This document shows positions 26,072 to 36,031 of a stretch of 64,000 bases of DNA, piece by piece. The DNA lies in contig DASVEF010000370.1 of assembly GCA_036380715.1 (NCBI GenBank), positions 7,727-71,726 of the forward strand. Reading direction: 5' to 3'. The notes under the pieces were generated by a model, which ran no database searches, was not told the origin of the DNA, and saw only the letters and a program-made list of their open reading frames with translations. Numbering within the stretch: position 1 is the first letter of the stretch; each line of letters opens with the position of its first letter. Source of the DNA: Thermoanaerobaculia bacterium. GTDB taxonomy: Bacteria > Acidobacteriota > Thermoanaerobaculia > Multivoradales > UBA5704. Position numbers and translations under genes: made by a program.

Positions 26072-27073
26072 TTAACGAGAGGCTTTCTGGACGACCCAGG
26101 ACTCGCCAACGGTGCTCCAGAACTCGCCTGGAGCCATGACGTCCTTCCAGCGCTCGTAATCGGGATGCTCGGAGAGAGCCTTCACGGAGGCGTAGCCGTC
26201 CTCGTCGAGCGAAGTCAGCAGGATCTCCTCGGCTTCCAAATAGTCGAGGAGATACGGGGAATGGCTGGTCGCCACGATCTGCAGCTCGGGATTCTGCTTC
26301 TGAAGCGACCGGATTTGGGAGATTAGATCTCCCAGGGCCTTGGGATGGAGACCGCGCTCCAGATTGTCGACAAGGATGAGCTGAGGAGCCTTGGGAGATG
26401 CAAGCACCGTCAGAAGGGCCAGAGTCACCAAGGTCCCTTCACTAACGGCATAGGCTGGGATACCGCTTCCTCCTTTCATGTCAAAGAGGAGCTCATATCC
26501 GATATCGCCCGATTCGAGAGCTGTACGCTTCAGTCGCAGGCCTTGCACCGAAGGGACGACTTCCCGAAGACGATCCACGATACTTCCGAAGAGCTCTGGG
26601 AATTCAAGCTGGAGACCGGAAAGAAACCATGACAGCCCCGTCCCGTCGGAAGGTAAGGTGTCGAGGATCTCCCGGATGTAAGCCGGAGCAGCAAGTTTCT
26701 TGAGGTCGATATCCAGGATTACTGGTCTTACCAGGGCCGAGTCTGGGAATTCAAATATTCTTACTCTCGGCATAGGTATTACTTCTGAAGACTCCATTCC
26801 AAGGGAAAATCGCTCGCCCTTGAATGCTCCTGAGATTTCGATCTTGAGTGGCCCTTCTGGCATTCGGCTCGTCAATACCGCCGAATCCTCCGGCACAATG
26901 GTAAACATAGCTCCTTGGCGCCCTTTAACGATCCGATATCCTGCATAGTTAAGCGCGAGCAAGATGCTGCTCTTGCCTGAGCCGTTAGGCCCTACGACGA
27001 GCGTCAGAGGCCGGAGCTTCACGTTGACGTTCCGTAACACCTTGAAGTTCCGCAATGAGAGGGACTCGATCAT
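26072..27073 (-). CDS. AAA_21/AAA_15-type (ABC-like) ATPase, orphan, low-GC (likely horizontally acquired)
   Basis: 333 aa. Walker A GPNGSGKSS. Walker B-like QLILVDNLERGLHP. H-loop ATSHSPYLL. About 55% GC in a 70% GC context. Confidence 0.8.
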   Translation of the reverse strand: MIESLSLRNFKVLRNVNVKLRPLTLVVGPNGSGKSSILLALNYAGYRIVKGRQGAMFTIVPEDSAVLTSRMPEGPLKIEISGAFKGERFSLGMESSEVIPMPRVRIFEFPDSALVRPVILDIDLKKLAAPAYIREILDTLPSDGTGLSWFLSGLQLEFPELFGSIVDRLREVVPSVQGLRLKRTALESGDIGYELLFDMKGGSGIPAYAVSEGTLVTLALLTVLASPKAPQLILVDNLERGLHPKALGDLISQIRSLQKQNPELQIVATSHSPYLLDYLEAEEILLTSLDEDGYASVKALSEHPDYERWKDVMAPGEFWSTVGESWVVQKASR

Positions 27074-27296
27074 GGCGTAGGCTCCAGATCTATACTCTAC
27101 AACAACTTAGGCCAAACCTCCGGCCTCTCTCTTCCGGCCGCAAAGGTCTTTGTCTCGCTCTATAGGGCTGAAGACGCGAGTTGGCAGCTTTTTGCCGCGA
27201 ACCCAATCTTCTCGCGCCGAACGGAGCCTTCCGCGGCGGCTGGGTCTCCGGATTCCTCGTCGAGACGATGCCCTGACTTCCCGGGACCCGGGGTGG

Positions 27297-27569
27297 ACTT
27301 CCGGAGGCCCCGGGTGGACTCCCGGAAGCTTCGGATGGACTTCCGGAGGCTCCGGGTGGACTTCCTGAGGGCTCGGGTGAGTTTCCGGAGGCTCCGGGTG
27401 GACTCCCAGAGACTCCGGGTGAGCTCCCGGAGGCTTCGGGTGGACTTCCGGAAGCCCCGGGTGGACTTCCGGAGGGCTCGGGTGAGCTTCCGGAAGCTCC
27501 GGGTGGACTTCCGGAGGCTCCAGGTGAGTTTCCGGAGGGTCCGGGCGGACTTCCGGAGCCTCGCCGCTT
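27297..27569. repeat. 13 contiguous copies of a 21-bp tandem repeat (consensus about CTCCGGGTGGACTTCCGGAGG) containing a TTCCGGAA/TCCGGA palindromic core
   Basis: Read directly. Copies about 80-95% identical. The array starts right after the pyrE stop codon and ends about 220 bp upstream of the ATPase start. Both strands give 7-aa repeat ORFs (FRRLRVD / SGSPPGA) judged non-coding. Confidence 0.85.
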
Positions 27570-28249
27570 ACCCTGTCGCGCTCGACGTCCCGGATCCCGT
27601 CCCCGCGATTCCCGCTGTCCCTGTCGTCCCGGTCGCCCCCGTGTCATCACCACTCAGAGCTTGCGTTCCCGCCGCTTCCGGCCGGCTGCCGGGCTTCTCG
27701 GGCGGGACGCCTCCTACCATGCAGACCGGGCACTCGGTGGGCTGGTAGGACGGCAGGTCGAGCTGGAGAAGGGAGCGGAAGGGGACGTCGAAGGGGTCGC
27801 GGCCGGCAGTGCGGTCGATGATCGCTCCGATCGCCACGACGCGCGCTCCCCGGTTCGTAGCCAGGGCGGCGGTCTCCAGCGTGGAGCGGCCGGTCGTCAC
27901 CACGTCCTCGACGATCACCACGCGCTCCCCCTGGCGCAGGGTGAAGCCGCGGCGCAGCCCCATCTCTTCTCCCTTGCGCTCGGTGAAGCGGAAGGGGACT
28001 CCCAGCGCGGCGGCCACCTCGTGGCCGATGATCAAGCCGCCGAGGGCGGGCGCCAGGACCGAGTCGGGATGGAACGAGCGCAGCTCTTCGGCGAGGTTCT
28101 CCCCCACCTGGCGCGCCCGCAGCGGGTCTTCCAGCAGCAGCGCGCACTGGACGTACGCCTCGGAGTGCAAGCCGGAAGAGAGCAGGAAGTGTCCTCGGCG
28201 CAACGCTCCGCTCTCTTCCAGCATACGCATCAGGATCCGCTGCCTGTCC

Positions 28250-28260
<11 letters not shown>
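27568..28260 (-). CDS. pyrE: orotate phosphoribosyltransferase with low-complexity Gly/Thr-rich C-terminal tail
   Basis: PRPP-binding motif VVIVEDVVTTGRSTLE. LPSYQPTECPVCMVGGVPPEKPGSR near the usual C-terminus, followed by about 28 extra residues (GDDTGATGTTGTAGIAGTGSGTSSATG). Confidence 0.85.
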
Positions 28261-29647
<1,387 letters not shown>

Positions 29648-29731
29648 TGTCAAGCCAGTGTAACAAGAAAACGGCCGGCCCTTCGTCGGGCCGGCCACAG
29701 TTGTCCTTATTCCGATCTTCCTCCCTGTCTT

Positions 29732-29790
29732 CTCCCCCTCTCCCGGCAGGCGGGGAGGGGGATGGGAGAGGGGGGCCGGGGGGTGAGGGG
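29732..29790. repeat. GC-rich nested-palindrome intergenic repeat, copy C (reverse orientation)
   Basis: CCCCCTCTCCCGGCAGGCGGGGAGGGGGATGGGAGAGGGGGGCCGGGGGGTGAGGGG. Confidence 0.7.
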
Positions 29791-29792
29791 CC

Positions 29793-31331
29793 TTACGGCA
29801 CCTGGACCACCGCGAAGAAGGGCTGCAGCCGCTCGCCCCGGCGGCCGAAGCTCGTCACGTAGAGGCGCAGGTACGACTTCGGCTTCGCGCCCTTCACGAT
29901 CTCCTCGAACTCCTCGACGCTCTTGACCTCCTGACCGTTGACCTCGGTGATGATGACCCCCGGACGCACGGCCTGCTCGTAGAGCGGGCTGGTCGGCGTG
30001 ACGTTGGTCACCAGGACGCCGTCGACGGTGTCCGGGATGCCGTGGACGCCGCGCAGGTTGGCGCTCAGGTCCTGGTACTGGATGCCCAGCCAGTCGATGC
30101 CGGTCTCGCCCTCCTCGGGCTCCTCGGCCTCCGCCTGCTGGAGACCCGGACGCTCGCCCAGCCGGACCTCTCTCTCGAAGGTCTTGCCGTCGCGCCAGAC
30201 CTTCAACTGGACCGTGGAGCTCGGGCCCTTGGCCGAGACGTAGTTGATCAGGTCGCGCGTGTTCTTCACCGGGATGTCGTCGACCTGCAGGATCACGTCG
30301 CCGTGGCGGATGCCCGCCTTGCCGGCCGGCGTGTCCGCGTCGACCGAGCCCACCAGGGCGCCGTCGGTCGACTCGAGGCCGAAGGCCTGCGCCTGGGCGT
30401 AGGTCAGGTTGCCGATCTGGATGCCCAGGTAGCCGCGGCTGACCTTCCCCCTCTCGCGAAGCTGCGGCAGGATCTGCTTCAGCGTGTTGACCGGGACCGC
30501 GAAGCCGATGTTCTCGGCCCCCCAGTTGATGGCCGTGGCGATGCCGATGACCTGCCCCTGCAGGTTGACCAGCGGGCCGCCCGAGTTGCCGAAGTTGATC
30601 GCGGCGTCGGTCTGGATGAAGTTCTCGAACGAGGCGTCGCTGATGCCGAGCGACCGGCCCTTGGCGCTGACCACGCCGGTGGTCACCGTCTTGTCGAGGT
30701 TCAGCGGGTTGCCGATCACCATCAGCCAGTCGCCGACGCGCACATTGTCGCTGTCGCCCAGCTCCAGGTAGCGCAGGTCGCGGCCGGCGCTGATCTTCAG
30801 CAGGGCGATGTCGGTGGCCTGGTCGGTCCCCTTGACCTCGGCGGTGTAGTCGCGGTCGCCGAGATGGACCTTGACCTCGCTGGCCCCCTCGATCACGTGG
30901 TAGTTGGTGACCACGAGCCCGTCGCGGCTGATCACGAAGCCGCTGCCGCCCGCGTCGGAGCGGAACTCCTCCGGCTGCCGCGGCCGCTGTCCCTGCCCCT
31001 CGCCATCCTCCTGCTCCTGACGGAAGCGCGGGCCGAAGAAAAACTCGAAGGGATCCACGCCGCCCCGGCCACCGCGGCCCTGCGGGCCTCTCTCGATGGT
31101 CGCGGCCTGGATGGAGACGACGGCGGGATCGACGGCTGTCGCCAGGTCCGCGAAGCTCGGCAGCGTCGCGATCGCCGGCTTGGAGCTGGCGATCTGCGTG
31201 GCGGAGAGCGTCGCTTCAGGGGCTGCCGATCCGGGCAGCGTCAGTTGCAGGCCCCCCGCGAGGACCATGCCGAAGACGACCGCTCCCAGGACCAGCAGGA
31301 ACGTGGCCAGGTGTTTGCGGGATGTGCTCAT
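29793..31331 (-). CDS. periplasmic serine endoprotease DegP/HtrA family with two PDZ domains
   Basis: Signal peptide. Catalytic His/Asp/Ser contexts NYHVIEGA, DIALLKI and GNSGGPL. Two PDZ-like segments. Confidence 0.9.
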   Translation of the reverse strand: MSTSRKHLATFLLVLGAVVFGMVLAGGLQLTLPGSAAPEATLSATQIASSKPAIATLPSFADLATAVDPAVVSIQAATIERGPQGRGGRGGVDPFEFFFGPRFRQEQEDGEGQGQRPRQPEEFRSDAGGSGFVISRDGLVVTNYHVIEGASEVKVHLGDRDYTAEVKGTDQATDIALLKISAGRDLRYLELGDSDNVRVGDWLMVIGNPLNLDKTVTTGVVSAKGRSLGISDASFENFIQTDAAINFGNSGGPLVNLQGQVIGIATAINWGAENIGFAVPVNTLKQILPQLRERGKVSRGYLGIQIGNLTYAQAQAFGLESTDGALVGSVDADTPAGKAGIRHGDVILQVDDIPVKNTRDLINYVSAKGPSSTVQLKVWRDGKTFEREVRLGERPGLQQAEAEEPEEGETGIDWLGIQYQDLSANLRGVHGIPDTVDGVLVTNVTPTSPLYEQAVRPGVIITEVNGQEVKSVEEFEEIVKGAKPKSYLRLYVTSFGRRGERLQPFFAVVQVP

Positions 31332-31450
31332 GGGCGTTGAGATCTCCTTTCCATTTCCTCTCTCACAACTCTAAGCAAGCGCCCTGCCATGGAAAATTCC
31401 ACAGGAGAGCGGCTGCCGGAGACCTCGATTACGCGCCAATTTGGCACGCC

Positions 31451-33055
31451 TCAAGCCTGCACAGGCGGCAGCTCGACCTTCTCTTCGACCTTCACCACCG
31501 GCAGGTCCGCCTTCGCCGGCGCCGCGGACGATCCGCGCACCTTGGCGAACAGCTCCTCCATCTTCACTCCGGTCAGCGACTCGACCACCGGCGGCATCTG
31601 GGCGATCACCTTGGCGATCTCGTTGGTGATTTTGGAGACCCCGACGTCGCCGTTGCCGGTGCTCACCATGGTGATGCGGTCGATCTTCGCCAGCGGCTCG
31701 GCCACGGACCTGGCGATCTCGGGCAGGATCGGGGCGAGGATCTGGAGGACCGCGGCCTCGTTGTACATGCGCCAAGCCTCGGCCTTCTTCTCCATGGCCA
31801 AGGCCTCGGCGAGGCCCTGCGCCTTGCGCGCCTCGGCCTCGGCCAGGCCCTGCGCCTCGCGGATCTGCGCCGCGGCGATGCCGCGCGCCCTGTCGGACTC
31901 GGCTTCGGCGTGGCCCTGGGCCTTGGTGACCTCGGCGGCGGCGATGCCGCGGGCCTTCTCGCCTTCGGCCACGGTGGTGAGGCGCGACCTCTCGGCCTCG
32001 GCGCCGGCCTCGATCCTCTGCCGCTCGGCCGCGGCCAGAGTCTCGATCTCGTAGCGCTTGGCGTCGGCCTGGCGCCGGATCGTGGCGTCGAGCTCCTTCT
32101 CCTTCCTCTTGATCTCCTGCTCCTGGACCTGGATCTCCATGGTCTTCTTCTGGAGGTCGTAAGCCATCTCGGCCTCGGCCCTCTTCTTGTTGGCGGCGCT
32201 CTGCTCTTCGGCGATGGCCTGGGCCGCCTGGAAGTTGGCGATCTCCGCGGCGCGGCGGGCCGCGGCGTCGGCCTCCTGCTGGCGGCGCATGCGGTCGGCC
32301 TGGGCCTCGGCGATGGCGGCGTCGCGGCGGGCCTCGGCCTCCTGGGCCAGGCGCTGGGCCTCGGCCTGCCGCTCGCGGGTCTCGCGCTCGGCGTCGGCCG
32401 AGGCGATGGCGGCCTCCTTGGCGGCCACGGCCTCGGCGACGGTCGCGGCGCGCTTGACCTCGGCGATCCGCGGCTTGCCCAGAGCCTCCAGATAGCCGTG
32501 CTTGTCGCGGATGTCGCGGATGGTGAACGAGTCGATCCCCAGCCCCATGTTGGCCAGGTCGCCGGCCGAGATCTCCTGGACCTTCTGGGCGAACTGGTCG
32601 CGGCTCATGTAGATGTTCTCGACCGTCAGAGTGCCGAGGATCCCCCGCAGGTGCCCCTGCACGGTCTCCAGGGCGATCTTGGCGATGGCCTGCGGCGGCA
32701 TGCCCAGGAAGCGCTCGGCCGCGGCCTGCAGCGAGCCTTCGTCCTTCTTGATCTTGATCTGCGCCACGCCGTCGACGGCGATGGGCACGCCCTGCGAGGT
32801 GTAGACCTCGGGGGTGGTGACGTCGAGCGTCATCACCTCCAGCGACAGGGAGTTCCAGGTGTGGAACAGGGGGATGACCATGTCGGCGCCGCCGGTGATG
32901 AACTTCACCTGGCCGCGGCCGGAGACCACGATGACCTCGTTGGGGCCCGCCTTCTTCAGGAAGGCGAGGTAGGTGATGACGTAGCCCACGGCGACGACGG
33001 CGAGCACGCCCACCGCGCCGAGCACCAGGACCATTCCGAGACCCAGATCGTTCAT
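31451..33055 (-). CDS. flotillin-like SPFH/Band-7 protein (YqiK/FloA-like) with long Ala/Glu/Arg-rich coiled-coil
   Basis: 534 aa from MNDLGLG. N-terminal TM, SPFH domain, EA-rich repeats. 4-nt overlap with the upstream NfeD gene. Confidence 0.85.
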   Translation of the reverse strand: MNDLGLGMVLVLGAVGVLAVVAVGYVITYLAFLKKAGPNEVIVVSGRGQVKFITGGADMVIPLFHTWNSLSLEVMTLDVTTPEVYTSQGVPIAVDGVAQIKIKKDEGSLQAAAERFLGMPPQAIAKIALETVQGHLRGILGTLTVENIYMSRDQFAQKVQEISAGDLANMGLGIDSFTIRDIRDKHGYLEALGKPRIAEVKRAATVAEAVAAKEAAIASADAERETRERQAEAQRLAQEAEARRDAAIAEAQADRMRRQQEADAAARRAAEIANFQAAQAIAEEQSAANKKRAEAEMAYDLQKKTMEIQVQEQEIKRKEKELDATIRRQADAKRYEIETLAAAERQRIEAGAEAERSRLTTVAEGEKARGIAAAEVTKAQGHAEAESDRARGIAAAQIREAQGLAEAEARKAQGLAEALAMEKKAEAWRMYNEAAVLQILAPILPEIARSVAEPLAKIDRITMVSTGNGDVGVSKITNEIAKVIAQMPPVVESLTGVKMEELFAKVRGSSAAPAKADLPVVKVEEKVELPPVQA

Positions 33056-33690
33056 GCCTGAAAGCTCCCTTCTTCGCGTGCTCGGACCGCCACTGTGAGC
33101 GTGGGTCCGACCCCCACCACCGTGACCAGCGACCCGCGCGGCACTTCCCGGCCGCCGGCCTCCCGGGCCGGAGAGGGGAACCGCTGCCCGTCGATCATCA
33201 CCACCGCCTCCCCCACTCCTCCAGCCGGGATCGGCACCGTCACCTCGGCCGGCGCCCCCTGGAGGCGCGACAGGCGGATGACGCTGGAGGCGCGCGAGCC
33301 GCTCGCCAGCTTCCAGCCGACCCAGGTCACCCCGTAGGCCGTGGCCAGCGCCGCCGGGAGAGCCACGAGCAGGCTCGCGGCGTCGCCGGCGCCGAAGCCG
33401 TGCTGGGCGATCAGGCCGTAGCCGCCGACGCAGGCGAGCAGCGTGGCGATCGCCAGGGGGGAGAAGAACGGGAAGTGGAAATCCCCGGGACCGGCGGCGT
33501 CCGTCGAGGTAGTGCCGTGGCCCTGCCCGTCGAGGCCGTAGTGGCTCTCGGCCGTGGCGTGGCCCGCGTCGTGGCCCCCCGCTCCGCCGTCGGCCCCTCC
33601 GTCCGAGAAGTCGATATGCCCCAGCAGGGCCGAGACCAGGACGTAGCCGCAACCGAGGACGGCGAAGGCGATGTACATCAGGGTGAGCAC
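33052..33690 (-). CDS. NfeD-like membrane protein (partner of flotillin)
   Basis: 212 aa. N-terminal TM helices plus C-terminal OB-fold-like domain (VIRLSRLQGAPAEVTVPIPAGGVGEAVVMIDGQRF). Confidence 0.75.
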   Translation of the reverse strand: MLTLMYIAFAVLGCGYVLVSALLGHIDFSDGGADGGAGGHDAGHATAESHYGLDGQGHGTTSTDAAGPGDFHFPFFSPLAIATLLACVGGYGLIAQHGFGAGDAASLLVALPAALATAYGVTWVGWKLASGSRASSVIRLSRLQGAPAEVTVPIPAGGVGEAVVMIDGQRFPSPAREAGGREVPRGSLVTVVGVGPTLTVAVRAREEGSFQA

Positions 33691-33775
33691 AGGCTCCTCC
33701 TGTCAAAGATGACGCGTTGACGATGGCGCGAGGCCTGCCTGCGATTCTATCCGCAATATGCCCGTCTCCCGCAAC

Positions 33776-33804
33776 TTGCAGTTGCGGCCCCGCGGCCCTA
33801 TAAT
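33776..33804 (+). promoter_or_regulatory. sigma70-like promoter of the rimP-nusA-infB operon (TTGCAG-17 bp-TATAAT)
   Basis: Hexamers read directly: -35 TTGCAG, 17-bp spacer, -10 TATAAT. About 114 nt upstream of rimP ATG. Confidence 0.6.
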
Positions 33805-33845
33805 GCATCGGGCCAGCTTGCCCTGACCGGCAACGGTCGGTAAGG

Positions 33846-33873
33846 AGTGGGCATCTTCTGCCCACTCTTTTTG
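33846..33873 (+). terminator. leader hairpin + U-tract (intrinsic-terminator-like attenuator) in the rimP-nusA-infB 5' leader
   Basis: AGTGGGCA-TCTTC-TGCCCACT followed by CTTTTTGTTGT, between the predicted promoter and rimP start. Confidence 0.6.
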
Positions 33874-33917
33874 TTGTAAGGGCAAGGACGGCGCTTTCGG
33901 ACCAAGGGCGGCGGACG

Positions 33918-34412
33918 ATGAACGAGGCCAGGAAGGGCGCCGGCCGTGTCGCGGAGCTCCGACCGGAGCTCGAGCAGATCGCGGAGGCGGCGGGTTGCGA
34001 GCTGGTTCACGTCGAGATCAAGGGCGGGGTCCTGCGATTGATCCTCGACAAGCCGGAAGGGGTTTCGCTCGGGGATTGCGAGCACGTCTCCCGGCAGGTG
34101 TCGGCCTTCCTCGACGTCGCCGACTTCGGCAAGAGCCGCTACGTGCTGGAGGTCTCCTCCCCCGGGCTCGACCGGCCGCTGTACCGTCCGCGCGACTATG
34201 AGCGCTTTCTGGGCCGGCTGGCGCGGGTCACGGTGGAGGACCCGGAGACGGGGAAGAAGAGGACCGTGATCGGCCGCCTGCAGGAGTTTGAGAGGCCGGA
34301 GGGTGCCTCCGAGGAGGACGCCCGGGTCATCGTGGTCGAGGAGCCCAGGGGCGAGCGCCACGAGATCGCGTTGCGAAATATTCGCCAGGCTCGGTTGGAG
34401 ATCGAGCTGTAG
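33918..34412 (+). CDS. rimP: ribosome maturation factor RimP
   Basis: 164 aa. RimP family. Immediately upstream of nusA. Confidence 0.85.
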   Translation: MNEARKGAGRVAELRPELEQIAEAAGCELVHVEIKGGVLRLILDKPEGVSLGDCEHVSRQVSAFLDVADFGKSRYVLEVSSPGLDRPLYRPRDYERFLGRLARVTVEDPETGKKRTVIGRLQEFERPEGASEEDARVIVVEEPRGERHEIALRNIRQARLEIEL

Positions 34413-34438
34413 ACAGGGGAACCAGGAAAGAACGAAAC

Positions 34439-35953
34439 ATGCCGCAAGCACAGACCGCAGAGCTGAACCTGAACGAGATCCTGCGCCAGGTCGCGCGTGA
34501 GAAGGACATCGACCTCGACCGGTGGATCGCCGCTCTCGAGGACGCCATGGCCTCGGCCGCGAAGAAGCAGCACCGGATCAAGGAGCCGGTGCGCGCGCGG
34601 CTGGACCGGGAGACCGGCAAGTTCGAGGCCTTCATCGTCAAGAAGGTGGTCGACGAGGTCCAGGACCCGCTCGCGGAATGGACGGTCGACGAGGCCCAGG
34701 ACCACAAGCCGGGCGCCGTGGTCGGCGACGAGGTCCTGCTCCCCATCCCGACCGACGGCCTCGGCCGCATCGCCGCGCAGTCGGCCAAGCAGGTCCTCTA
34801 CCAGAGGGTGCGCGAGGCCGAGCGGGAGAACGTCTACAACGAGTACATCGACCGCCTCGGCGAGGTGGTCAACGGCACGGTCAAGCGTTTCGAGCGCGGC
34901 GACATCATCGTCGACCTCGGGCGCACCGAGGCGATCGCGCCGCGCTCCGAGCAGGCCCGCCACGAGCGCTACAGCCAGGGCGAGCGCATCCGCGCCGTCA
35001 TCGTCGACGTGCACAAGCAGCCCAAGGGGCCGCAGATCGTGCTGTCGCGCACCGATCCGCGGCTGCTGGTCAAGCTGTTCGAGACCGAGGTGCCGGAGAT
35101 CTACGACGGCACGGTGGTCATCAAGAACGCGGTGCGCGCTCCGGGCGAGCGGGCCAAGGTGGCGGTCTACAGCCGCGAGCGGGACGTCGATCCGGTCGGC
35201 GCCTGCGTCGGTATGAAGGGCTCGCGCGTGCAGTCGATCATCCGCGAGTTGAGGGGCGAGAAGATCGACATCATCGAGCACAGCGACGACCTGGTGACCT
35301 TCGCCCAGAGCGCCCTGGCGCCGGCCAAGATCACCCGCGTGTCGGTGACGCACCAGGGCGAGGTGCCGCACCTCGACGTGATCGTCGAGGACGAGCAGCT
35401 CTCGCTGGCCATCGGCAAGCGTGGCCAGAACGTGCGCCTGGCCTCCGAGCTGATCGGCTGCCGCATCGACATCAAGAGCGAGAGCGACGTCAAGGACGAG
35501 GTCGCCGACGCGCTGGCCCGCATGCTCCAGACCGCCATCGGCGGCACGGAGGCGGCGGCCGCGACGGTGCGGGAGTCGGACATCACCTCGGTCGAGGGGG
35601 TCACTCCCGAGATCGCCGAACGGCTCCTCGAGGCCGGGCTCGGCACGCCCGACGCCCTGCTCGAGGCGCAGCCCAGCCAGCTCGTGGAGATCGAGGGCGT
35701 GGACGAGCGCATGGCCGACCGGCTGGTCGACTGGGCCCAGGAGCAGGCGGCGCGCCGCGAGGCCGGCGCCGAGGACATCGGCAAGACCTTCCGCGCGCCC
35801 GCTTCCGCCGCGACCTCCATGCCCGACGAGGATTTCATGGCGGCGCTCAGCCGGGCGTTCCAGGAGCAGCAGCGGGCTCCCGTGCAGTGGCCGGGCGAGG
35901 AAGGCGGGGAGGCGCCCGCCGAGGAGCAGGAGGAGCCCAAGGGGACCGAATAG
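34439..35953 (+). CDS. nusA: transcription termination/antitermination factor NusA
   Basis: NTD, S1, two KH domains and C-terminal acidic repeat region. Conserved gene order. Confidence 0.95.
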   Translation: MPQAQTAELNLNEILRQVAREKDIDLDRWIAALEDAMASAAKKQHRIKEPVRARLDRETGKFEAFIVKKVVDEVQDPLAEWTVDEAQDHKPGAVVGDEVLLPIPTDGLGRIAAQSAKQVLYQRVREAERENVYNEYIDRLGEVVNGTVKRFERGDIIVDLGRTEAIAPRSEQARHERYSQGERIRAVIVDVHKQPKGPQIVLSRTDPRLLVKLFETEVPEIYDGTVVIKNAVRAPGERAKVAVYSRERDVDPVGACVGMKGSRVQSIIRELRGEKIDIIEHSDDLVTFAQSALAPAKITRVSVTHQGEVPHLDVIVEDEQLSLAIGKRGQNVRLASELIGCRIDIKSESDVKDEVADALARMLQTAIGGTEAAAATVRESDITSVEGVTPEIAERLLEAGLGTPDALLEAQPSQLVEIEGVDERMADRLVDWAQEQAARREAGAEDIGKTFRAPASAATSMPDEDFMAALSRAFQEQQRAPVQWPGEEGGEAPAEEQEEPKGTE

Positions 35954-36031
35954 ACCGGCGAAGTCGAAGATCGCCCCCGCGGCGAAACGGCGAGGCGGGC
36001 AAGGTATTTAAAGGAGCTGAAGAGACCACAT

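Noticed and set aside
27568-27660. Gly/Thr-rich C-terminal extension of PyrE (GDDTGATGTTGTAGIAGTGSGTSSATG).
   Set aside because: Probably just read-through to the first in-frame stop in GC-rich DNA next to the repeat array. Noted but not treated as a functional domain.
27090-27748. Repeat-encoded ORFs 27090-27653 (-, SGSPPGA x n) and 27293-27748 (+, FRRLRVD x n). Also considered whether the 21-bp array is a CRISPR.
   Set aside because: - The ORFs' non-repeat flanks are Arg-rich junk. One runs antisense through pyrE and the other starts inside pyrE in another frame.
- The repeats are contiguous with no unique spacers, so it is not CRISPR.
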